DNA from: Octopus sinensis
Taxonomy: Eukaryota
Length of the DNA stretch: 64,000 nucleotides
Assembly: GCF_006345805.1 (NCBI RefSeq)
Contig: NC_043013.1
Location: 27,032,001 to 27,096,000 of the forward strand
Reading direction: 5' to 3'
In this document: in pieces, positions 25,086-38,868 of the stretch
How positions within the stretch are numbered: the first letter of the stretch is position 1
Layout: each line of letters starts with the position of its first letter
Translations under genes and position numbers: made by a program
The notes under the pieces: model-generated
The model's database searches: none
Seen by the model: the letters and a program-made list of their open reading frames with translations, nothing else
What the model was told of the DNA's origin: nothing

Positions 25086-25465
25086 GTGAAAGGCAGATTG
25101 CATGAAGTATGGCTTAGAGATGAAAGATGCTGCATAGTATTGCTATGTTGGTGTTGAATACAGATGATCTACAGAGGTTGGAAAGAGATGAGCTGAGTAT
25201 GTTATGTTGATGATGTTGCATTAATCTGCATAAGAAGCAGATAAAAGATGAGCTGAGAGAACAAGTGTAGATTAAAGGCATCGTTTAATGTATGCCTGCA
25301 GGAGGGTTGTGAGGTGTGGTCATCTGATGTGAGTGGACGGTGATTGCATTGTCGAAAAGTGATCTTGTTCTGTTGTTGCAGATTGAAGATAAGGTCATGG
25401 GAAAAATTGGTGAGGTCAGATCTGAAGGTGCTGGACCTTAATGGGTTAGATGACAAAATGGCCTG
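25086..25465 (+). mobile_element. Degenerate RTE-clade LINE ORF C-terminal fragment
   Basis: Reads VKGRL / MLH...DDLQRLERDELSML...ELREQV*IKGI...RCGHLM...CIVEK, matching the RTE post-RT motifs RRLERNE.SMLRWM and RLRWYGHV; many stops. Confidence 0.7.
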
Positions 25466-25759
25466 TAACAAGTGTCAGTATTTTGTATTGTAGATTATGG
25501 TGGCCAGCTGACAGAATCATTATCACATCGAGAAAAAAGCTTAGCGACGTTTCTTGCAACTTCACTTCCTGAGTTCAAATGCCACCAGGGGCGACTTTGC
25601 CTTTCAACAATAAAATAAGTACCAGTCAAGCACTGGGGTCAATGTAATTGACTCCCCCCCCCCACGCCTGCTGGCCTTGTGCCAAAATTTTGAAGCCAAT
25701 ATTTTATGCTGTTGATATGTTTAAGCTATGTTAGCATGGAAAATGGATAATATTTAAAA

Positions 25760-26100
25760 TGCATCATCATCATCATTGTTTAATGTCCACTTTCCGTGCT
25801 GGCATGGGTTGGATGTTTGACTGAGGACTGGTGAGCCAGAAGCTGCACCAGGTTCAATCTGGGCTGGCAAAGTTTCTACAGCTGGATGCCCTCCCTAACG
25901 CTAACCACTCCGCGAGTGTATTGGCTGCTTTTTACGTGCGAGTCAGCTGGTTCTGGCAATGACCATGCTCGCGCTGAAAAGGTGTTTTTACGTGCTACCT
26001 GCATGAAAGCCAGTCCGGTGGCACTGGCAACGACCACACTCAAATGTTGTTTACATGCCACCAACACATGTACCAGTAAGGCGACGCTGGCTAACACACA
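25760..26100 (-). mobile_element. Family E, long variant
   Basis: (CAT)n start and GCTGGATGCCCTCCCTAACGC; internally repeated TTTTACGTG modules. Confidence 0.75.
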
Positions 26101-26658
26101 CATAAATATTGTCATCATTTTTATGTCTAATTTCCATCCGAGCATGGGTTGGATGAGTTCTCCCTATCTGAGTCAGTTTTTCCTTCCCCTTCCCCAATAG
26201 TTACTATTCTTCTAGTCAGGCTGAAGGATTATGCCTCACTAAAAAACAAACATTCTGTTAAGTTGGCTTTATATATAGACTCTTGTCTAAATAACTTAAT
26301 TACATCCAATGAAGGTTAACGAAGATCTGTTGAACACACCTTATTAGGCCCTTTATGCAACTGAAAATATTTTGACCCTTTTTGCTCCAACAAAGTGAAT
26401 CTATTCTGTGTGTGTTCAGATGAATAAACAGGGTTTAAAAAAAGCACACAATACATGTATAATTTACTTAGGGTGGTGCTCCAGCATGACTGAAACAAAT
26501 AAAAGAATTTGTTCCAGAATGGTAATTAACTTCATCATTACTCAGAGTTTTCTCATCACATGTCATCTCTCTTGACATGATTTGTGTTGATGTATCTTTT
26601 TGTCACCTGAAAGATTACTCTCAAGAAACTGAGATACAACAGACTGAACCATCAGTTT

Positions 26659-26697
<39 letters not shown>

Positions 26698-28289
26698 TTA
26701 TCTTAATCCGTAGATTAAGAACTGTTAAGCAGTAAAGAACTCTTTTCATAGAATACTATTTTTATTTTCAATGAATGTCTTACATATGTTCTGATGTATT
26801 AAATCTAATAGATCCTCTTCGGGGAACTCTAAATATATTAAGTGTCCCCAAAGAGAATTAGATTCAAAAATTAGTACTTTTGATAGAAAACTCTTTGAAA
26901 ATATCTTTCTACTTATCTATCTAATTTTCTATCTACCTACCTAAACTAATCTCTATCTATCTATCTATCTATCTATCTATTTGTCTGTCTCTCTACCAAC
27001 CTAACAACCTATCTATCTATCTATCTATCTATCTATATATATATATATATATATATCTTTATTTATTTAACTATGACCTCTCTCTTTCTCTCTCTGCCTC
27101 ACTATATTTTAACTAATATGTGTGAATGTGCTAGTGTATGTGTGTGTGTGATAAATAGAAGCTATGGAAAGATAAGAATTCAATAGATGGTTTTGCACAA
27201 TGTTAGAGATTTCTTAGAGAACTGCAGCTTTATACTTATATAGTTGGGCATCCTCTGTCTTCCACCATTCCAATGTGGCTGAATAGACAGTGTAATATAC
27301 TAAAGAATTATGATGGTTGTGTAGGGCCTGTGGACAGGTGAGTGTGTGTGTAGCTGTGTATGGTTTTATCTACTGGTCCTTAATAGCTTGCTGAGTGACC
27401 ATCAGCACTTTTGTCCTCAAGTTGTGTGTCAAGGACGAGTTTGTTTGTGGTTGAGTCTATTCCTTGTTGGTCTGAAATCCCAAGTAAAAAGGGTCAGGCA
27501 AGATGGCTCATCCACACCTCAAACATGCATTCCCAACTTATCTTGGTAGAAGTGCTTGTCATCACTCCATAGCTCTTTCTCTTCATCCTTTTCATATACA
27601 CATACACACACACACACTGTATTTTAACATGTATAAAGGAACCCTTTTTTTTGTCAAAAATTAGGTTAAAAAAATATGGGCGTTTCTTATACATGGATAG
27701 TATTATAATCTCTTACAAAAACTTTTTCCCAAATTTTAAGCCACAAAAATTAGAGGGTTACTTATGCACATTAAAATACGGTGTATATAATATATATATA
27801 TATGAGTATACATCATCATCATAATTTAATGTCCATGTTCCATACTGGATTGGATGGAATGATATAATCCAGTGAACCTAAGGACTGCATTGTACTCAAC
27901 TACCTACTTTGGCATGGGTCCTACAGCTTGATGCCCTTCTAAATGCCAACAACCTTACAGTGTGTACTTGATGTTTTTAGAAGAGAAACATGGGTGTGAT
28001 TGAGTGGAACTGGAAAGCAATAAAAATAGTAATTATATATGAGTATGACAAGCCTCTTGGATATTATTAAATATCACTGGTCACAGTGCACTTCCAATTC
28101 TTTCTTGTACCATTCTGTTTCATCTTGGTTCAAATTTGGTAACTAAATCTTTCCATCATCTTGGTGGCCTTCTGAGTGGACTTTACAGATCTCATAAATA
28201 CCATTTGGTAACTGCACCATTCTCAACATTTGCATCACTATAAGGTTCTGAGTCAGGTTTTGCAACAGATATATATATATATATATATA

Positions 28290-28486
28290 CATTCAAAATG
28301 TGACCGCGTGTGTACCGTTGGTGATTTGTTTTCTTCCTCCGCCTTCCCTTCTTTGGATCTTTCCTTTTCCTATGTTTCTGATGAAGAGCTCCGCTCGAAA
28401 CATTAAACCCTCCTTCTTTCCTGAGCGTCCAATAATACTATACTTGTTCCACGTTCTCGCGTAGTTGTGTTTTCATGTTTGGATTA

Positions 28487-28490
<4 letters not shown>
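28290..28490 (+). mobile_element. ~200-bp solo PLE-terminus-like mini-element between (TA)n tracts
   Basis: Same order as 18500-18696: pyrimidine tract, hammerhead, TTTCCTGAGCG..ATA.TA.TA, tail, (TA)n. Confidence 0.75.
28374..28408 (+). ncRNA. Minimal type I hammerhead ribozyme motif
   Basis: GTTT-CTGATGA-A-GAGC(TCC)GCTC-GAAAC-ATT-AAAC: canonical CUGAUGA/GAAA core, stem I 4 bp, stem II 4 bp. Confidence 0.78.
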
Positions 28491-28539
<49 letters not shown>

Positions 28540-28945
28540 ACACACATTAAATAAGGATAGAAATTGATATTAATCAATTAAAACCAGTGGCTTAGCATAT
28601 TTAAAAAATCCAAAGATTAAAAATTGTGTTATATACAAATTTAAGAGGAATAACCACTAAAGTGGGCACCTAATATGCTAAACATAAATGTCAAATCGTC
28701 ATTACCACAAAGAATGTGTTCTCAAGAAAAATCTCAGCAAAACGCCAAAATGTAGAAACGAGGAAGGCAAATGAGATTTTTCTTATCACACAGCCACTCA
28801 TATATATGTGTATGTATAAATGTGTGTGTGTGTGTATGTATATATTTGTATATATATGTGTGTATATATGTATGTATATATATGTGTGTATCTATATGTA
28901 TTTATGTTTATATGTTATATATTTGTGTATGTATGTGTGTGTGTG

Positions 28946-29270
28946 TGTGAAGGCCTGTGGCTTAGTGGATAGGGTATTCAGCTCACAATCATATGGTTGT
29001 GAGTTCAGTTCACAGTGGCACACTCATGTCCTTTTGCAAGATACTTTATTTCACGTTGCTCCTATCCATTCAGCTGGTAAAAATGTGTAGTGCCTGTATT
29101 TCAAAGGGCTAGCCATGTTGCATTCTGTGTCACGACGAGTCATCCTGAAAGCTACATTAAGGGTACATTGTCTGTGGTGTACTCAACCACTTGCACGTTA
29201 ATTTCATAAACAGGCTGTTCCATTGATTGGATCAACTGCAAGACTCATTATCGTAACCAACAGAGTGCCA
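28946..29270 (+). mobile_element. SINE B
   Basis: GTGAAGGCCTGTGGCTTAGTGG head through to the TCGTAACCAACAGAGTGC tail. Confidence 0.85.
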
Positions 29271-29336
29271 ACCATATATATATATATATACACACCGACC
29301 CATGCTAGCATGGAAGGCGGACATTAAACGATGATG

Positions 29337-29382
<46 letters not shown>

Positions 29383-30574
29383 TATTCTTATATGCATATT
29401 ATAAAACGAAAGTGCTTTTATTCTTTACATTTCTTCTTTTAATTTCAAAATATAAAAAAAAAAAATTTTGTCCAAGCAGATATAAAAATCAGTTTTATTA
29501 TTATTCAAATCAGCAAGTTAACAATGGTGTATGATTAATTATCTTGTAAAATTCTAATTATATTGCCAACAGGTTGAGAATATTAATGATGCTGTAGCTA
29601 CATTTCTTGAGTGAAGCCTTTCTGAATCCGTTTCATGAACTCAGGTGCTTTTAAATCCCTCCTCACCCCCTCCATGCTTGTCTTCTACAATTTTTCCTTT
29701 AGTGTGAAATGGAAAAGGAAATAAAATTTTCTTTATGGATTCTAATCAAAATTAGTAAAATGAGACAGGGAAAAAACACAAGAGGAAACGAATTGCTCAT
29801 GCTCGTTATTACATGAGGTTTTTGCATGTGTGCGTATGTGCATTTTCGTTTTTGCTTTTATTATTATTTTGTCAGTTTTGTTCTCCCATGACTCTAGTGC
29901 GAGCGGAATGGTTTTTGTTGGCGCTGTGGTTTCTTACAGACGGATGCCTTCTATTAGCGCTAACCATGCTTAACAAGTCGACTGTGAAGAAGAACTTTGG
30001 AAATTGTTATTTAGTCAAGCAGATGGAGACAAGTAGAGTTATGTGTTTTGCTCAGGGGTCACAAGAGAAAGGTTGTAATACATGTAGTGGTACCCTAAGT
30101 ACTCCCTTAATCTTACAGCCAATGTACCTCTTGATTGTAATACATATAGTGGGAGGTTAATTACCTCGAACCTTACAGCCAATATATCTGCCTTGATTTG
30201 TGTTGTAATCGTTCTTTAGCAATAAGTCAGCCCTGACTGAACAGGCTGATGATGGTCAAAGACATTCCAGTCCTGACCATACCAACATTTCTATTCTAGG
30301 CATAGTGCATCCTAGACTATATTATTCAATGTAGTTGTTTTTTTTTTGTTGCCATTGTTTTTTCAAAGATTGCAGATTGTAAGCTGGAAGATCTTAGGCT
30401 ACTATTTCAAGCTGGTTGTGTGACCATGTAGATGCTCTCTTGTTGGCTCAGCTTCGTTTGTGGTGAACTCTGTTCATCCAAGACTGCAGTCAATTGGGAT
30501 TGAACTCATTGCTACTACTGCCACCTCCATCACCAAAGTCCTACTCTTTGCATTGATTATATATAAATCTGTAT

Positions 30575-30872
30575 CAGTGGTTACCAAAGTAGGCAGTACT
30601 GCTCCCTTGGAGGAGGTAGGGAGATCAGGGGGGGAGGAGGGGCATTGGAGAAAAATGGGGTTATAATGGGGTGGCAAAAAGAGGGGTGATGGATGTTATT
30701 AAAAGAACCGCCAAAATGATGTGGTCATTAGGTTAAGTTTTATTTGTGAAATACGGTTGTTTTGAATTTACTGCAGAAAGTAGTCTATGTTTGTGGTGAT
30801 GGGGGCGGGGTGCTAGGAATGTGGCCTGGGTGCCAAGCGAGTGGGCAACCCAGAAAAGTTTGGGAGGCACTG
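30575..30872. mobile_element. hAT (Charlie-like) MITE
   Basis: CAGTGGTTACCAAAGT / AGTTTGGGAGGCACTG ends; TSD ATCTGTAT / ATCTAGAT fits the NTCTAGAN preference. Confidence 0.75.
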
Positions 30873-32265
30873 ATCTAGATTATAAACAATGTGGAGTAAA
30901 GAAAAAGCTTCAGTTATAACTGAAGTTTCTGGTCTTCTGCTTGAAAACTTCTTCCATCTTCGTTGTTGAGAGACAACAGAGCCCGTTACAGCTCCTGACC
31001 TTGTCACCTCCTACCAAACCATCCAATTCATGGCGGGATGGAAAACAGGTGTTAAATGATGACGATGAGGAAACTAAAACTTGTTGTGTGTGTGTACCCT
31101 TGGCCAGACATCATTTGGTGCAAATAAACATCGCCATCATACAAATGATGCTGCTCAGTTCCTTTCGTCTATGCAAAGCATATCTGGCCATGGGGACATA
31201 TTACCTTGCTTGGAAACAGGTGAGAATTTGCAATGGCAGGGACATCCAACCATAGAGAAGTCTGTCGCAACAAATTCTGTCTCACCCATGCAAGCATGGA
31301 AGAGTGGACAGTAACTGATGATGAGGATGATGATGATTTAAAACCCTACTGAGGTTGACTTTGCCTTTCACCTACCTCTGGTAAAATATAAGTACCATTC
31401 AAGTGTGACAGGAGGAGGTTGATTAATTCTGACGCCCCCTCCCTTCGAATAAAAATTGTTAATTAGTTCACTTCCCTCTCAAATGTATCTGTATTTGTGT
31501 GTGCGCATTCGTGTATGTTTATTTGTGCGTGTGTCTTAGTATGTGTGAAACACTGAAAATCTGCACTCTCAAAAGAAATTTTAGATTGGCAAATCCTTTT
31601 AATCTTAAAATACATGCTTTATTTTTACTTGTTTCTCATTAGAAAATTTTTTGTCTTTTTATTGTTCCAGAATGATCATTTTTAGATCATTATGGACTGC
31701 AACAAATTTGAACTAATTAAACTGGATTTTCTTTCTTTTTTGGTCTTATATTTTTTTATTTTGTATTTTCCTCTTTTCTGAAAATAAAAACAAAACAAAA
31801 CAAACCAATCAATCATTTCTCATTTAGAATACTTTTACAGCTTTATTTTCTCAATGTTGCTCTGGACTTAAGAGCTCCTAAATTCTTTGTGATATTGAAT
31901 TTATGATTTGAGTTCAAACCCCAGACAGGTCAACTTCATTTTTCATTTTGTTTTCGGAGTTAATAGCATAACTCTATCAGTGGTTTTCGCAGAGTTAATT
32001 CACACCACTACATGGCTTTGCAAATATATATATATATGTGTGTGTGTGTGTGGCCTTGTGCCAAATTTAGAAATCCAAATTGTAATTATCATAATTTATC
32101 TATGTGTTTGTTTATTTATTTATTACAAAATACAGGAAGTTATTGTAAAGAAATTACATTAACAATATAAGGCATAAGGCAAGAGTTTGTAATCTTCGTT
32201 AACAGATACCAATATGGTGGCTTATACTTAGTATCCAGTGGATATGATGTTCATCACATGTTGCT

Positions 32266-32298
<33 letters not shown>

Positions 32299-32506
32299 TA
32301 CAAGCATACATATAAATATACATGTGTATATGTGTGTGTGTGTATGTGTATATATATATATATATATATCAGCCGAAATTGCTACGATGATCCGGTTCTT
32401 GACTGAAGATTGAGGGCTTCGAATGTCCCATCCGTGTTTTTTGTATCGTCTTCTAAGTGTTTTGCGTTCTTGTCCCAGTTTGTATTTTTCTACATATAAT
32501 AATAAT

Positions 32507-32549
<43 letters not shown>

Positions 32550-32858
32550 ATACACATACTCATCTGCACTGGATACTCATGGGATAGTTGTACTCTTCTA
32601 TACTAGAGTTTCAATGGTGAATCTCTGATAGAAAGAGAGAAAAGAAAAATGAAAAAGAAGGCATGAAGTTAACATCATTTTATTTTTGTAAGAGAAACTT
32701 TACCTTCACCATGAATCAGCATTTCAGCAAGTAGACCATATCACTGCCACCCTACCCTGCCATAATGGTAATTGGTGCAAGCTGATAGTCTGAAGCGGAA
32801 GTGTATTTTACCATTTACTTTCCCTTCAGCTTGTAATGTTGATTTTATTTTTATTATA

Positions 32859-32927
<69 letters not shown>

Positions 32928-32972
32928 ATATATTTATATATATATATATATTTATATATTATATATTTATTT

Positions 32973-33335
32973 ATAGGCGCAGGCATGGCTGTGTGATAAG
33001 AAGTTTGCTTCCCAACCACATGGTTCTGGGTTCAGTCCTACTGTGTGGTACCTTGGGCAAGTGTCTTCTACAGTAGCCTCAGGCTGACCAAAACTAAAAG
33101 AAGCCCACTATATATGTGTTTCTGTGTGTGTGTGTGTGTGTACTTGCTTGACAACCAGTGTTGGTGTGTTTACATCCCCGTAACTTAGTTCTGTAAAAGT
33201 GACTGATAGAATAAGTAAGTACCAAGCTTTAAAACAAAAGTACTGGGGCCGATGTGTTTGACTAAAAATTCTTCAAGGCGTTGCCCCCAGCATGGCCATA
33301 GTCTAATAACTGAAACAAGTAAGAATAAAAGAAAA
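32973..33335 (+). mobile_element. SINE A
   Basis: GGCGCAGGCATGGCTGTGTG head through to the GACTGAAACAAG-like tail. Confidence 0.88.
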
Positions 33336-33435
33336 GCAAATATTTAAAAGGGTTGCCTGTGGGTGAATCCCCCTAAAGTTCTTGGCCCACTCAAAACTTT
33401 TATTACCAATGTTATTCCATCTCTAGTGTTGCTAG

Positions 33436-33933
33436 CAGGACTGTGGAGTTGGAAACAATTAAGGGGTGGCTGGAGTCGGAGTCGGTAAAACTATACTGAC
33501 TCCCTCTCCGACTCACAATATCTTTATTCTTTAATATAAACCAGTTATAACATATAGGCCTACTCAAAGTACAACCATATGCATATGCTTTACGAGATGT
33601 GTAGACTACCAGTGGTAAAGTGGCTGGGTTGCCAGCTTGCCTGACGGCAAGTGGGCCCATGTTAGTATCTAAGGGGCCCATCCCCTCAAGTTTGAGAATT
33701 TTTTATTCACTCCTGGAAGAATGCATTAATCATTTCATGGCTGTGTTTGTAGACAGTTGAAATGAATACTTTTAACAAAAAAAAAATTAAATGATAGCAT
33801 TGTAGTTGTGGGTGGGCCCCCTTGGTCTCCTAGCAACCAATATTTTTAGACCCAGTCTGCCACTGTAGACCACAATTACTTGATTACATAAAGAGGTATC
33901 AGTGAAGTTTTTTGTTTTGACTCTCTAACCCTG
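33436..33933. mobile_element. hAT-like MITE (outer), perfect 8-bp TSD
   Basis: TSD GTTGCTAG at 33428-33435 and 33934-33941; CAGG...CCTG ends. Confidence 0.88.
33610..33865. mobile_element. hAT-like MITE (inner, nested)
   Basis: CAGTGG...CCACTG ends; TSD TAGACTAC / TAGACCAC. Confidence 0.85.
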
Positions 33934-34479
33934 GTTGCTAGTCATTGAAATTGAACAAAATATGGTTTTATAGAACTCACAATATACAAATGGTCATTCA
34001 ATCATCTGGGTTCTTGATCAATGTTGTTCATGAATAAGTTCTTTAATATTTTGATTCAGTCATAAGTGCAGGAATAGCTGGTTGTTTTCCAACTGTGTAG
34101 TTTCAGGTTCCATCCTATTGTGTGACACCTCAGCCAAGTGTCTTCTACTATAGCTCCAGGCTGACCAAGGCATTGTGGTGGAAACTGTAAGAAGCCCATC
34201 ATGTGAGTGTGTGTATAAGTGTATGTAGGTGTGTGTGCTTTAGTATGTATTTGTGTCTTCTTGCCTTGACATCATATGCGATAGCTGTAAACAAGCATCC
34301 CCATCATACAAGTATTGTTCTTTGTTTCCAATCTTCCATGAAAACATGTTTGGTCATAGGAAGGACAACAGGAAGGGCATCCAACTGTAAAAAAGTCTGC
34401 CTCAATAAATTTCGTCTGAGCCATGGGGCTAATATTTTTATGATGAATCATCTGTTGTTTTAAATACCACAAAGTATTT

Positions 34480-34760
34480 GATGTGGAGGCACATGGCCTA
34501 GTGGTTAGAGCAGCAGACTTACAGTCGAGGGATTGTAGGTTTGAATCTCAGACCAGGCAATGTGTGTGTTTATGAAAGAAAAACCTAAGCTCCATGTGGC
34601 TCCAGCAGAAGGTAATGGCGAACTTCTGCTGACTCTTTCGCTACAACTTTCTCTCACTCTTTCCTCTTGCATCTAGCAGCTCACCTGTGACAGACTGGTG
34701 CCCTGTCTAGTTGAGAAACCTATACACCAATGAAACCGAGAAACTGGCTCATAAGAGCCA
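34480..34760 (+). mobile_element. SINE B2
   Basis: GTGGAGGCACATGGCCTAGTGGTTAG head and ACAACTTTCTCTCACTCTTTC motif. Confidence 0.8.
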
Positions 34761-36250
34761 GTTCTGGCTCCAGAAGGAACCACCAACAACAACATTTACT
34801 TTGCTATCTTAGTGTCCCTGCAGCAGTAGATAACCAATTGATGAGATAATAGAATCACTTCCTTTTCACAAGTCAGAAAGTTAGTGCTTGTCAATAAGTG
34901 GGGTTGGGTGGGCATAAAATGACGAAGATGATTGAACAGATATTGGGATTTTATGAGTTGATCAACAAAACTTGAACACCAAATGTCTCATTGTAATCGC
35001 CATCATCATTGTGAAGTCCAGTTTTTCCATCCTTGCATTGGTGAGATGGAAATCACTGAGGCGAATTTTCTACAGCTGGATACCTTTCCTGTCACCAACC
35101 CTCACCTGTTTCCAAGCAAAGTAATATCTCCCTATGGCCAGACATGTTTCCAAGGAAGATTGGAAATGAATGATACTTGTTCATAATTAACACCGAAAAA
35201 GAGACCCAAACACCTCCCCCCAATCATCACCACCTGGTAAGCCAGAGAGCTGTATCAGGTGCCGGCCTGATTTTTGCCGTGGTTTCTATGGCTGGACGCC
35301 AACCACTCCAAGAGTGTAGTGCCTTTTACCTGTCACTGGCACAGGTGCTTTTATGTGTCAGTGGCACTAGCCATAAACTATGATTTCACTTGTCATTACC
35401 TCCATGAGAACCAACTTTTGAAGATCATTCATCACCACCTCGTCCTATGTCCTCTTGGGACAATCCTTCCTCAAGTTTCCTCCGTAACTAAAGATCACTT
35501 TTTTTTTTTTACACAGCTGTCCTCATCCATAGATACGCATCATATGACCATACCACCACAGTCATCTCTCACCACCACCACCACCACACACACACACACA
35601 CACACACAAACATACATGACAAGCTTTTTCCAATTTCTGTTTAACAAATCCACTCACAAGAGTTTGTTTAACCCTGAACTATAGAAGAAGACACTTGACC
35701 ATGGTTCCATGCATTGGGATTGAACACAAAGCTGTATAGTTGGAAAGCAAACTTCTTAACCACACAGCCATATTTGGCGCCTACTGCAACACTATATTTT
35801 TAGGAAAATAAATACAAATTCAATTAATCCCTATTAGTTTTATATAAAACATACACAAAAGTATATTTTGATAATTAAGTCAAGACGAAGTATAGAAAAT
35901 TATTTATTCTAAATATATCGCATTCTAACACACCTCAAATTTTGAATGCTACTAACCATTAGGACCATGTCAAACTGGTAAAGTTGGTATAGGAATTCTA
36001 TGTAACTATTTTGGCCCATTTTCTTTTCTCTGTGAATTTTTTTTTCTTTTCTTTCTATATTTTCTTAAAAATATTTTGTCATTTTGTCAAAGTTGTACTT
36101 GACTGATAAGAGGAAAGATTTGAGAAAATTCTGTAATTAATAAGCTGGATAAGGTCACACAATAAAATTTGTTTAACCTGAGTATTTCTTCAGGTATTTT
36201 GTGTGTATGTATATCTATTTATCTGTTAATGTGTGTGTGTGTGTGTGTGT

Positions 36251-36640
36251 ATGCACAGGAGTGGGTGTGTGATAAGAAGCTTGCTTCCCAACCACTTGGT
36301 TCTGGGTTCAGTCCCACTGCATGGCACCTTGGGCAAGTGTCTTCTACTATATCCTCTGACTGACCAAAGCCTTGTGAGTGGATTTGGTAGATGACAACTG
36401 AAAGAAGCTCATTGTATATATATATATATATATATATGTTTGTGTGTCTGTTTGTCCCCCACCATTGCTTGACAACCGATGTTGTGTTTACGTCCCCGTA
36501 ACTTAGCAGTTCAACAGAAGACACTGATAGAATAAGTACTAGGCTTACAAAGAATAAGTCCTGAGGGGGGCAATCTTTTTGACTAAATGCGATGCTCCAG
36601 CATGGCCGCAGTGAAATGACTGAAACAAGTAAAAACACTA
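36251..36640 (+). mobile_element. SINE A
   Basis: Complete family A organisation. Confidence 0.88.
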
Positions 36641-38202
36641 TAAATACACGCACACATACACCCAAACATACATAGACATACACACACAATGAGTTCTTGC
36701 ACAGTTTCTGTTTATCATTTCTACCGACAGAGTATTGGTCATCCTGAGGGCCTGACAGAGAGTCCTTACTTTAGGTGCCATGCTTTGGGGCTAAGCCTAA
36801 AACAAGGTTGGGTAGCAAACCTGTTAACCACAAAGCCATGTAAATAAAACAAAAAAAACAATCAGTTTATTATAAAATTAATAATAAAATATTTTTAACT
36901 TGAGAACTAAAAGAATTTATTAATTCACTTCTTTATTATAGCTATACTCTGGTGGAAGCACTCTCGTGTTTATTACTAACCATTTGTTTCTTTGCTTGTA
37001 TGTATGTTTGATTGTAACTGTTTGAATATAGGTATGTTTTTGTTTGTTTCTTACTTAATATAAGCACGAGATTAAATAAATGCGGAGCAACAAGAACACT
37101 CTAACCTTATTGGAAAAAGTATTTTTATGTAAGTGTTAGCATCTTTATTAGTCTGTCGTTATACAAGATACATAACAATTTATTACACCTGGCACACATG
37201 GTTATAAACGAAGTAGCCAATGAAAGAGCTTCTATGAGAGGCAACGGCAGCCTTTTACAAGTAGTGGGCTGCATGAGACGTGCCTCATCAAATGGGCTGC
37301 ACTGTTTTGAAGGCAATTTCATATTTTGCATACCATTCTGAAACTCCTGTGGGCTGCAGGTTACCCATGACTGCACTATGGGGTTACTCAACTTGCTAGA
37401 AATAGTTACCAAACTATTGCCTCCAAATCACATCCTTCCATGTTATCTGTTAGTCTGCAGAAGAGCAATACCTATTACTTTTTAAACCTTCTTAGGCTTA
37501 AACAAGGGACGAAGCTGCAGATTAGGATGTGGGAAGGGTTTCAGTGAGAGTAACTTTTTTTTCTTTTCGAGTCGGGTGGGGGGTGGGTGGAAATTTGCTA
37601 GAGTGTTTTATTCCATTATAGGGATTGTAGTGAATGATGAGTATCAGGCTAGCTATGACTGAGCAGATAAGTGGTCAGAGATTCCTGCTGTGACCATAGC
37701 ACTTTTCATACATCCAAGACTACAGTGTCTAATGTGTAAACTTTTTTTATAGACATGAGGGTATAATATGGAGATTTAGTTGCTATTTCTAGTAAAGCCA
37801 TCAACCGCATAGAGATTTTATACCAAAACAGACAGTAGAGCTTGGTGTAGTCTTCTGACTTGCCAGCTCTTGTCAAATCATCCAACCCATGCCAGCATGG
37901 AAAACAGGCATTAAATGATTTTGATGATGCTGACTGCACTACACAAGTCTGTTTAGTGGTAGGCTTTGTCCATCACCTTGTTTCACACCATCACATAACC
38001 AGACACTTGGGTGTCTTTAGCAGAAATCATTTTATTGCATGCGTTCAGAACATGTTTCTTGTTTGATAATTGATAACTTAATATCTGGATGCACTGATGC
38101 ACTCTTTCCTAATGCAGCAACTTGTATGTTAAAGTTTCTTCCTCTCACCACCACCACCACCACCACCAACCAAACTTAGATGCCCTATAAAAGGTCACAA
38201 GT

Positions 38203-38238
<36 letters not shown>

Positions 38239-38868
38239 TTCTTACTAAGCTAAATATAAATATAAAAACTTTTTATAAAGAGTTACTAAAAAAATAGACT
38301 TCGAAACCTAATGAATACAGTCACACCTCAAGATATTCCAACTAATCTTTATTCTGTAAATCTTTCACAATACAACCAATTGAAACAACAAGAATCAGAA
38401 CAACAATAACAAAGACCACCACCACCACCACTTCCACTCCAGCTGTAATTAGTATGCATCACTTGATCATTAACTTTCAATCTTGGTAATATTGTATTTC
38501 ATTTTCGATATAAGTTCTTCACACAAAAGTACTATGCCATGCTATGTAGATAACGATGCTTTTAATTACGCTTCCTTTCTCGTATAATCTTCTCATACTT
38601 ATTTGTTTCATTTTAATTATATTTTAATTTAACTTCGAATTGATTACACACAAGGGTTTCTGAAGAATGTTTATTTTATAAATTGATTTCTTACTGAGGC
38701 AAAAAGCTTATAAATTTATCACTGAAGTGAAATGAGTATATGTGGCATTGATGCCTTTCCCAAGAGCATTGTCACTTTGCTTAACTCTTGGTCATTTCAA
38801 CTCTGATTGAATCAGGAAAGGCATTCTAGCCATTACTATTCTATCTTGGGGGTGTGGGAGTATGTATC

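Noticed and set aside
32370-32495. Microsatellite-flanked ~120-bp CpG-containing island with CTGAAGA...CGAA and GCCGAAA words
   Set aside because: Possibly another PLE terminus, but stems I and II do not pair, so no hammerhead is called.
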